Below, piece by piece: positions 26,703-33,690 of a DNA stretch of 39,413 bases. How positions within the stretch are numbered: position 1 is the first letter of the stretch; every line of letters begins with the position of its first letter. A program made the translations under genes and the position numbers. Source of the DNA: a virus. Lineage: Duplodnaviria > Heunggongvirae > Uroviricota > Caudoviricetes. The notes beneath the pieces are model-generated. The model was given only the letters and a program-made list of their open reading frames with translations. It made no database searches and was not told the DNA's origin. The stretch lies in IMG/VR virus record IMGVR_UViG_2703718855_000002. One strand, given 5' to 3'.

Positions 26703-28501
26703 GTTACTTTGGCCTTAATCCAGTAAACCAGAATCAGCAGCTTGACGAAGCAGCATCAAATCCAGCTGGCTTTAACAGCGATGTTGGTTTTTTCGACAAT
26801 GCTGTAGGAGCGGCATTGTCTGGTTTGTACTCCGGGCTGGTGGCAAAGCCAGATCAGTTGCTATGGGCAGGGATGGATAAAATCGTATCCCCGATTGCTC
26901 AGTTTGTTAACGAAAACACCTCGCTCAATGACACTTCAGTTTCATACATTGCTGAGCAGAGAAAACTAGCAGAGCAGCAGGTTAAGCGGCTGACGCCTGA
27001 TGCCGCGACAACCGGAACCGCCGGGCAGGTCCTTTATGGGTTGTTCGATATGGGCGGGCAGGCTGTTGTCGGTACAACGCTCGGTGGTCCGGTCGGAGGT
27101 GCTGCGGCGGTAACTTCGCTACAGGGTTTTTCTGAGTTTGAACGGCTGACAGCACAGGGTGTTGATTTCAGGACGGCGCAGGAAGCGGGATTAGTGCAGG
27201 GTATTACTGCTGGTGCCGGAACACTGATCCCTATGAGCCTCGGGTTACGTGCTGGTGGTGCGCTGGCGGAAGGTGTGGCGGCTCAGCTTGCGCGGACGGG
27301 TGAAAGTTCAGTGCGACGCGCCGCAGCAACAGCAGTACGTGCAACGCCAGATATTGCCTATGCCGCAGGTACAAATATTGCGTTCGGTATGGCACAGCGT
27401 GGGCTTACTGCAAAAACGCTTCGTGATGGTGGCTATAGCGAAATGGCTAACCAGTATGATGTGTTGGATCGACAGGCAATTGCTATTGATGCTGTTCTTG
27501 GGGTGGCGTTTGGTGGTGTCGGCAGATTTATTAACTCTCGCGGCGAGTCTACAAGCGCACCAAATTTTTCACCAGTTGATATTGATGCTGCACTGGCGGC
27601 GAATGCCGCTCATCATGCTGAAATTGATATTGCTCCCGGCGTTCCGATCAACGTGCTTTCGCGTAATTCGCACATTCAGGCTCTGCGAAAAGCCATGTCT
27701 GATGTTAGCCAGGGGAGACCTGTAGACGTTGCCAGCATTGTTGAGTCTGCATCTTTCAGTGAAATTCCTGGGCGCAAGAGTCTGCTGTCTCAGGCAGTTA
27801 ATGAGGCTCTGTCATCTGTAGATGATGGAGTAACTGCGCGCGCTATAGAAAATCGGTTGCTTGAAGAACAGGCTGCGCAGCTTTTGCCGCGTGGCGATAG
27901 ACAGGTTTACCAGTCTGAAATCGCTAATAGCCAACGAATTATCGACAATCTCACTGAACAGCGCGCACAAATTCTTGCAGAAGAGCCAACTGGTAGCGGT
28001 AAAGCTTTGTCTCGTGCTCGATCAGATAAACAGGCCAGAATTCGCGATATTGACCAACGAATCCGGCAGGCACAAGAACGCCTGGAATTTTCCCGTAACG
28101 CGTTGGCGCCGCACGAGCCTGGAGGTCAGTTTTTTGAAGCTCGAGCAGAACTGGCACGGCGACAGCAGGCAGAAAGTGAACTTAATGCTCAGGCTGTTTC
28201 ATTCTATAAAACAGCAGAGGTCAGGACGCCAGACGAAGTAGCTCCTTTTGAGCCCGGTAAGATATTGCAACAGACAGAACAAAAAATGATGGCAGATCCG
28301 GCAGGAGATATTGATCTGCGTATAGCTGAAGACTCGCTGCTTGAATCTCCGGACATGATAATCACCGTGCTGGATGATGATGGTAATCCACAATCGCGCA
28401 GTGCGCGTGAAGTACTGGATGAAGCGAACAGGGAAAGTGAGCAGGCAATACAGGATTCCAGCCTGTTTGATGTTGCTGTGGCGTGTTTCTTGAGAGGTTA
28501 A
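26699..28501 (+). CDS. Internal virion / ejection protein (gp16-like, part 1)
   Basis: 600-aa ORF, Ala/Gly-rich with coiled-coil C-terminus. Confidence 0.5.
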   Translation: MSYFGLNPVNQNQQLDEAASNPAGFNSDVGFFDNAVGAALSGLYSGLVAKPDQLLWAGMDKIVSPIAQFVNENTSLNDTSVSYIAEQRKLAEQQVKRLTPDAATTGTAGQVLYGLFDMGGQAVVGTTLGGPVGGAAAVTSLQGFSEFERLTAQGVDFRTAQEAGLVQGITAGAGTLIPMSLGLRAGGALAEGVAAQLARTGESSVRRAAATAVRATPDIAYAAGTNIAFGMAQRGLTAKTLRDGGYSEMANQYDVLDRQAIAIDAVLGVAFGGVGRFINSRGESTSAPNFSPVDIDAALAANAAHHAEIDIAPGVPINVLSRNSHIQALRKAMSDVSQGRPVDVASIVESASFSEIPGRKSLLSQAVNEALSSVDDGVTARAIENRLLEEQAAQLLPRGDRQVYQSEIANSQRIIDNLTEQRAQILAEEPTGSGKALSRARSDKQARIRDIDQRIRQAQERLEFSRNALAPHEPGGQFFEARAELARRQQAESELNAQAVSFYKTAEVRTPDEVAPFEPGKILQQTEQKMMADPAGDIDLRIAEDSLLESPDMIITVLDDDGNPQSRSAREVLDEANRESEQAIQDSSLFDVAVACFLRG

Positions 28502-28506
28502 ATTAA

Positions 28507-30981
28507 ATGAGACAGGAATGTATACAAGCGGTCCAGCAGGTGGCGCAGCGCGCGTTAACGGCGCGAGAAATACAGAACATTGAAGACCGCATTTATCGAA
28601 ATATGCGCTCCATTGCTCGTGATGACCCGATGTCGTGGCGACAACTTTCCGAATCAGAACGGTTGTATCGTGCAGCACAATTGGCATCTGAAGAATTACA
28701 GCGAGAAGCGGCATTAAAGAAACGTCGTGTGGCCCTCACTATAGCCGCACGTCAGAGATTGGATAAATTTATCAATAGCTATCAAGGGGCTGATGGGAAA
28801 CTTGGCGCTCTTAACCGTACTATTGCTTTTAATGCAGACGGTAAATCGAATTTCCTCTCTGTTGAATCCAGAACAAAAGCCACTCGTGATTATGCATTGA
28901 GTCAATTGCAGGAGGCATTTGAAGCAGTTGATCCTCGCTTTTTTGGCCTGTTTGAAGATGAAGCGGGCGTGCGTGACCTGGTATATGAAATGCGAGGGCA
29001 AAATACTGGCAATGCTAAAGCAAGAAAAGGTGCTAAGGCGTGGAGAGAAGTGACAGATCTACTTCGCCGCCGGTTTAATGATGCTGGTGGGGACATTGGC
29101 TATCTCGAAAACTGGGGGATCCCTCAACATCATTCTATGGAAAAGGTTGGGGCGGTATCAAAGGATAAGTGGGTTAGCGATGTTATAGGTAAGCTGGATC
29201 GCAAATATTATACCCGAGCCGATGGACAACTGATGAACGATGCCGAGTTGTCTGCATTTCTTGGAGAGGCTTATAACACGATCGCTACTGGTGGGCTGAA
29301 TAAGCTTACTGATACCGGAATGCGAATTTCCGGCGCACGTGCTAACCGTGGTAATGCATCACGACAGATACATTTCAAAGATGCAGATTCCTATCTCCAA
29401 TATCAACAACTTTATGGCGATCGCTCTCTATGGGAAATCATGGTCGGTCACCTGGAAGGTATCAGTAAAGATATTGCTCTGGTGGAAACATATGGTCCAA
29501 ACCCCGATCATGTTTTCCGCTCTCTTCTTGATCAGGTGAAGGCAGAAACGGCAACAGCTAACCCGAGTAAAACCGGTAAAGTCGAGCGGCTGGCGAACAA
29601 CACAGAGAATCTGTACAACTTTATTTCCGGAAAGACACAGCCTGTAGCGAATCCGCACATCGCGCGATGGTCTGACAATATCCGCAACTGGCTGGTTGCC
29701 AGCAGACTCGGTTCCGCGTTGCTGTCATCGTTCTCTGATCTTGGGACCATGTATCTGTCTGCGAAGGTGACCAACCTTCCAATGAACCAGTTATTCCGCA
29801 ACCAGCTTGAAGCTATGGACCCAACGAACCGTACAGAACTTGCGCGGGCGCGCCGCGCTGGTCTGGCGATGGAATCTCTACTTGGCAGCGTTAACCGCTG
29901 GGCGATGGATAATATGGGGCCGTCAGTGTCTCGTTGGGCGGCAACGGCGGTAATGCGTGCCAGTGGGCTTACAGCATGGTCAGATGCGCACAAGCGCGCC
30001 TATGGCGTAACCATGATGGGAAGCCTGGGAGAAGTAGTGTCACGGACACCAGACCTTCGTAGCCTCGATGATTCTGATTTTCGCATCCTGAAAAGCAAAG
30101 GGATTACTGACACAGACTGGAGCGTATGGAAGCTGGCGCAACAGGAGGACTGGGGGAACGGCAATAATACGATGCTGACACCGGAAAGCATTATGCGTAT
30201 CCCTGATTCAGCAGTTAAACATCTTGGTGAGCCTGAACGCGTGAAATTTGAGGCAATGCGTAAACTGCTCGGTGCCGTAACTGAAGAAGTTGATATGGCT
30301 GTTATTACACCTGGAGCACGTGAGCAGCTGATAACCGGTTCTGGTATTCAGCGTGGAACATGGAAAGGTGAATTAACGAGAAGTGTTTTCCTGTTTAAAT
30401 CGTTCCCTATCTCGGTTGTTATGCGTCACTGGTCACGCGCTATGGGTATGCCGTCTGCTGGTGGTCGTGCGGCATATATTGCGACGTTTATTGTCAGTAC
30501 GACCATTCTTGGCGCTTTGTCGCAGCAACTTAACGACCTTGCGTCTGGTCGTAATCCTCGAGAGATGACAGGAGAAGATGCCGCAAAATTCTGGCTTGGT
30601 GCTCTACTGAAAGGTGGTGGTCTTGGCCTTTACGGTGACTTTTTATTGTCAGATCACACTAGGTACGGAAGCGGCGCGCTGGCGTCGATGCTTGGCCCGG
30701 TAGCTGGTCTGGTTGATGACGTAGTGAAGATTGCTCAGGGCATACCGTTAAATGCTGTGGAAGGGAAGAGTGAGCAGACTGGTGGTGATCTGGTGAAGCT
30801 GGGGAAAGGTTTGATGCCAGGTGCGAATCTCTGGTACTTAAAGGCGGCTCTCGATCATATGATCTTTAACCAGATGCAGGAGTATTTTTCACCAGGCTAT
30901 TTGCGTAAAATGGAGCAACGTTCGAAGAAAGAGTTTAATCAGACATACTGGTGGCGACCTCAGGATGTCACTCCGCAATAA
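28507..30981 (+). CDS. Internal virion / ejection protein (gp16-like, part 2)
   Basis: 824-aa ORF continuing the module. Confidence 0.5.
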   Translation: MRQECIQAVQQVAQRALTAREIQNIEDRIYRNMRSIARDDPMSWRQLSESERLYRAAQLASEELQREAALKKRRVALTIAARQRLDKFINSYQGADGKLGALNRTIAFNADGKSNFLSVESRTKATRDYALSQLQEAFEAVDPRFFGLFEDEAGVRDLVYEMRGQNTGNAKARKGAKAWREVTDLLRRRFNDAGGDIGYLENWGIPQHHSMEKVGAVSKDKWVSDVIGKLDRKYYTRADGQLMNDAELSAFLGEAYNTIATGGLNKLTDTGMRISGARANRGNASRQIHFKDADSYLQYQQLYGDRSLWEIMVGHLEGISKDIALVETYGPNPDHVFRSLLDQVKAETATANPSKTGKVERLANNTENLYNFISGKTQPVANPHIARWSDNIRNWLVASRLGSALLSSFSDLGTMYLSAKVTNLPMNQLFRNQLEAMDPTNRTELARARRAGLAMESLLGSVNRWAMDNMGPSVSRWAATAVMRASGLTAWSDAHKRAYGVTMMGSLGEVVSRTPDLRSLDDSDFRILKSKGITDTDWSVWKLAQQEDWGNGNNTMLTPESIMRIPDSAVKHLGEPERVKFEAMRKLLGAVTEEVDMAVITPGAREQLITGSGIQRGTWKGELTRSVFLFKSFPISVVMRHWSRAMGMPSAGGRAAYIATFIVSTTILGALSQQLNDLASGRNPREMTGEDAAKFWLGALLKGGGLGLYGDFLLSDHTRYGSGALASMLGPVAGLVDDVVKIAQGIPLNAVEGKSEQTGGDLVKLGKGLMPGANLWYLKAALDHMIFNQMQEYFSPGYLRKMEQRSKKEFNQTYWWRPQDVTPQ

Positions 30982-30990
30982 GGATGAGAA

Positions 30991-31092
30991 ATGATTGCTT
31001 TTATTCTTGTTGTGTTTGCGCTTGTTGCACTTGGCGTTATGAACCGTAATGTATCATTGACGATGGCGAATTTGCTGTTGCAGTTATTTTGA
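30991..31092 (+). CDS. Small hydrophobic peptide (33 aa, single predicted TM)
   Basis: ATG 30991 with SD AAGGATGAG; MIAFILVVFALVALGVMNRNVSLTMANLLLQLF. Confidence 0.25.
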   Translation: MIAFILVVFALVALGVMNRNVSLTMANLLLQLF

Positions 31093-31137
31093 TATTATCT
31101 GGTGTAGCAGGGTACATAGGCTTGTCATAACGTGAGC

Positions 31138-31149
31138 GTGACATGTCAC
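31138..31149. repeat. 12-bp perfect palindrome GTGACATGTCAC (copy 3)
   Basis: Directly abuts terminator hairpin 31150..31167. Confidence 0.6.
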
Positions 31150-31175
31150 AGGCCGCTTTCGCGGCCTTGTTTTTA
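31150..31175 (+). terminator. Rho-independent terminator ending the internal-virion-protein operon
   Basis: AGGCCGC-TTTC-GCGGCCT hairpin followed by TGTTTTT. Confidence 0.65.
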
Positions 31176-31334
31176 ACGAATGCCACCTCCGCCCGGGCGA
31201 GAATCCGCAGAACGCCCACCGCAGCGGGAGCCGTCAGCGGCAGTATCGCTGTCGTGCTGACAACGACCGGCAAAGGCCTGAGTTGAAGCTACCAGAGACA
31301 ACAAAACGAACAGTGCAGCAAATGCTTTTTTCAT
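31173..31334 (-). CDS. Small secreted peptide (53 aa; Sec signal peptide, 2 Cys, Gly-rich mature part)
   Basis: MKKAFAALFVLLSLVASTQAFA then GRCQHDSDTAADGSRCGGRSADSRPGGGGIR; own promoter TTGACG-16-TATAGA at 31375..31348; no strong SD. Confidence 0.4.
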   Translation of the reverse strand: MKKAFAALFVLLSLVASTQAFAGRCQHDSDTAADGSRCGGRSADSRPGGGGIR

Positions 31335-31347
31335 TGTGAAATTTCCA

Positions 31348-31375
31348 TCTATAAGCCACCTCAATGTGGCGTCAA
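31348..31375 (-). promoter_or_regulatory. sigma70-like promoter for small secreted peptide gene
   Basis: -35 TTGACG (31375..31370), 16-bp spacer, -10 TATAGA (31353..31348) on minus strand. Confidence 0.45.
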
Positions 31376-31404
31376 TGAGTGTAGCACTGACTTTTGTTTC
31401 GTCC

Positions 31405-31428
31405 ACAAAAAAGCCCGCGCTGCGGGCT
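31405..31428 (-). terminator. Rho-independent terminator after 210-aa gene
   Basis: Minus-strand hairpin GCCCGC-AGC-GCGGGC followed by TTTTTT, 5 nt after stop. Confidence 0.6.
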
Positions 31429-31432
31429 TCTA

Positions 31433-32065
31433 TTAATGCAGTTTATCTTTGCTTATAACCAGTAGTCTGTGGGTATGCACATCTTTATCACTGCCCCAAC
31501 AGAAATCAGCCCACTGGCTATAGAAATCATCCCATGATGTCATGAAGCTAAGAGGTCTATCTTCTTCAGAGCCATCTGAAACGTATACATTATATCCCGG
31601 GGTGTTTATAGCCCAAGAAATCATTCTTTCCCAGAATCTTCTCCCATCGATTGTTTGTTGCTCATCAGATACAACAATCGCATATTGCTCTAGGAAGAAC
31701 TGAAAAAAAATCTGAGGCAAACCATGAACAGCACGGTCATGAATAACATTAGGCGTACGCCATACCATGATCTGCGTACATGTTCTTTTGGCTTCGACGA
31801 TATCTTCCCGAAAGATTAACTTAACCGCATACACCGTTTCTGGAGTATCGCTGGTAGTAATCATTCTGTAATGATCGCCATTACAAGATTTTACAAGGCG
31901 ATAACCATAAGGTGTTGTGAATCCCGGAAGAACGAAATCAACCACACCTTTCGCTAAGTAGCTTTCGGTGTGACTAGTGTTCTTCTCAGACATGTTCAGT
32001 TTTCTATCGAAATCTGCTTCTGGGATAATGTATGGCATCGCTTTTCTTGTTGTATTTGTTCTCAT
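31433..32065 (-). CDS. Hypothetical protein, no recognisable family (moron; candidate accessory/exclusion function)
   Basis: 210 aa, Trp-rich and acidic; strong SD GGGAGGA; own operator-bearing promoter region and own terminator. Confidence 0.55.
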   Translation of the reverse strand: MRTNTTRKAMPYIIPEADFDRKLNMSEKNTSHTESYLAKGVVDFVLPGFTTPYGYRLVKSCNGDHYRMITTSDTPETVYAVKLIFREDIVEAKRTCTQIMVWRTPNVIHDRAVHGLPQIFFQFFLEQYAIVVSDEQQTIDGRRFWERMISWAINTPGYNVYVSDGSEEDRPLSFMTSWDDFYSQWADFCWGSDKDVHTHRLLVISKDKLH

Positions 32066-32124
32066 TTCGTCCTCCCATGTTTGGCTACAGGACGCGTTTT
32101 GAAGGGAAGATTAAAAATGCTTTC

Positions 32125-32139
32125 TTACCCTTGAGGTAA
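32125..32139. promoter_or_regulatory. Operator-like palindrome TTACCCTTGAGGTAA
   Basis: Perfect site 60-74 bp upstream of ATG of 210-aa gene. Confidence 0.5.
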
Positions 32140-32211
32140 TAGTACGCTATTCACCCCCAGTCTGCAATCTGTACAGAATTATTTAAAGGCACATCCCTGT
32201 GCCGCCGCCCG

Positions 32212-32922
32212 TCAGAAGAACCCAGCCTTGTCGTTGATGTACTCCGCGTGCGTCTGGATATCACGCAGGCATTTGCTCACACCGACGATGTAGCAGAACA
32301 TGGTGGTCAGTTCCGCCGCCGCGCCCGATACGTCGTGCCCGTCTTCCTGTAACTGGTTTAGCAGATTCATCAGCAGTGAGCTCTCCGTCAGGCCGAGAAC
32401 ACCAGACGGCGAATGAATCAGGCTACGGTAGCCTGGCTTCAGTGGGGCACTGTAGGTTTTGTTCTCTATCTTCATTGCCTGCATCACTGCTGATGCTGTG
32501 GCGTTGGCTACCTGGTCGGCAACCATCTTTATGCGTTCTTCCTGCGGGAGCGAGTTTTTAATGTAACTTCCGGTGCGGCGGATCTGAGGAAGAACCTCAC
32601 CTGTAACCCATTTACGAAAGCGGTAGGGGATAGTGCCTGGTGTCACCGCATCGCGGCAGCGGAGGATCAGTGTGTAGAGGCCTGACTCGGAGATGATGTT
32701 GATCTCTTTTACTCGGCTATCAAAAATTGCACGATGTTCATGCCCTATGTTGAACATAGACCTTTCATCATCATCCAGTTTTTCAAGTGATTGGGTGACG
32801 TTTTGGATACGCAGCGCACTACAAACGTCTTGGGCTACAAACCATGGTTGGCCATCGATAATGATGGAACGGATAGGGTTAACAGATTCAAATTTGAAGA
32901 TGGCAGTTTGAGCATTAGCCAT
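32212..32922 (-). CDS. Antirepressor (N-terminal Bro-N domain)
   Basis: FKFESVNPIRSIIIDGQPWFVAQDVCSALRI matches Bro-N; C-terminal 60 aa paralogous to product of 33238..33495; ATG 32922 with SD GGAGA. Confidence 0.7.
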   Translation of the reverse strand: MANAQTAIFKFESVNPIRSIIIDGQPWFVAQDVCSALRIQNVTQSLEKLDDDERSMFNIGHEHRAIFDSRVKEINIISESGLYTLILRCRDAVTPGTIPYRFRKWVTGEVLPQIRRTGSYIKNSLPQEERIKMVADQVANATASAVMQAMKIENKTYSAPLKPGYRSLIHSPSGVLGLTESSLLMNLLNQLQEDGHDVSGAAAELTTMFCYIVGVSKCLRDIQTHAEYINDKAGFF

Positions 32923-33077
32923 GGTGGTTATCTCCACTTAGTGATTTTAATCACCACCGCAACGCCAATTACTGGTGGTGAACTGGACAAGGTTGGCGTA
33001 CCGGCCTAAGTGGTACCGGCGTCCTTTCGGACCCCTGCCCAGCCCACCATAATTCGGATATGGCTGTGTTTAACGCA

Positions 33078-33101
33078 TAAAAAAACCACGTCTGGCGTGG
33101 T
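33078..33101 (-). terminator. Rho-independent terminator downstream of small antirepressor-like gene
   Basis: Minus-strand hairpin ACCACG-CCAGA-CGTGGT followed by TTTTTTT. Confidence 0.5.
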
Positions 33102-33191
33102 ATGCGCCACTTAGTAACTCGGGACGCCAATCCCGGCACTGGATTTTGCCAGTGCCCGATTACTATGGCACAAGAGGAGTGCGATGTAAAT

Positions 33192-33206
33192 TTACCGCAA
33201 AGGTAA
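33192..33206. promoter_or_regulatory. Operator-like palindrome TTACCGCAAAGGTAA
   Basis: Perfect site in the 300-bp region between the two antirepressor-like genes. Confidence 0.5.
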
Positions 33207-33237
33207 ATATAAGCACTCATCTTGGTAATTTCAAATC

Positions 33238-33495
33238 TTATCTGGTTTGTTTTCGTAATTGTTCGGCACAATAGTCGAGATGTGTTTGCAGATCCCGCAT
33301 AGACATCTGTGAGCTGGTGACGTAGTTAATCAGTGCAGTCAGTTCGGCAAGTGGGCCATCGACATTAAATCCATCCTTATCGAGATCCCGGAGTAATTTC
33401 ATCAAGTGCGATCCCTCCACCAGTGATCTGACGCCTCCCGGCGTGTGAATCCTTTCGGTAAATCCGTCTTCCAGTGGATAGTGATACTGCTGCAT
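33238..33495 (-). CDS. Small antirepressor-like protein (stand-alone paralog of the Ant C-terminal domain), LexA-controlled
   Basis: 85 aa from ATG 33495 (SD GGAGA); GGVRSLVEGSHLMKLLRDLDKDGFNVDGPLAELTALINYV aligns with Ant C-terminus SGVLGLTESSLLMNLLNQLQEDGHDVSGAAAELTTMFCYI; LexA box 22 bp upstream. Confidence 0.55.
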   Translation of the reverse strand: MQQYHYPLEDGFTERIHTPGGVRSLVEGSHLMKLLRDLDKDGFNVDGPLAELTALINYVTSSQMSMRDLQTHLDYCAEQLRKQTR

Positions 33496-33516
33496 CTTAT
33501 CTTCTCCATGCAATAA

Positions 33517-33532
33517 CTGTATATTTATACAG
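33517..33532. promoter_or_regulatory. LexA (SOS) box CTGTATATTTATACAG
   Basis: Perfect CTGT-N8-ACAG with AT-rich spacer, immediately upstream of small antirepressor-like gene. Confidence 0.75.
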
Positions 33533-33571
33533 TATCAAATAATTTGTTTGCTATCCAGCACGTTTTGTAAA

Positions 33572-33586
33572 TTACCCGAAAGGTAA
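33572..33586. promoter_or_regulatory. Operator-like palindrome TTACCCGAAAGGTAA
   Basis: Perfect site in divergent region between small antirepressor-like gene and tailspike. Confidence 0.5.
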
Positions 33587-33612
33587 TATCTATTCGTATT
33601 TACAGTCTTTCT

Positions 33613-33639
33613 ATCCATATGTGGTTTTTCAGGTAATAG
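33613..33639 (+). promoter_or_regulatory. Candidate late promoter: ATCCATATGTGGTT - 7 nt - TAATAG (tailspike)
   Basis: Same motif/spacing as at 14969 and 36253. Confidence 0.45.
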
Positions 33640-33690
33640 AATAACCAGATATGCGGCGCAACGGGTGCTGCGACTATCTGGAGATTTAAC

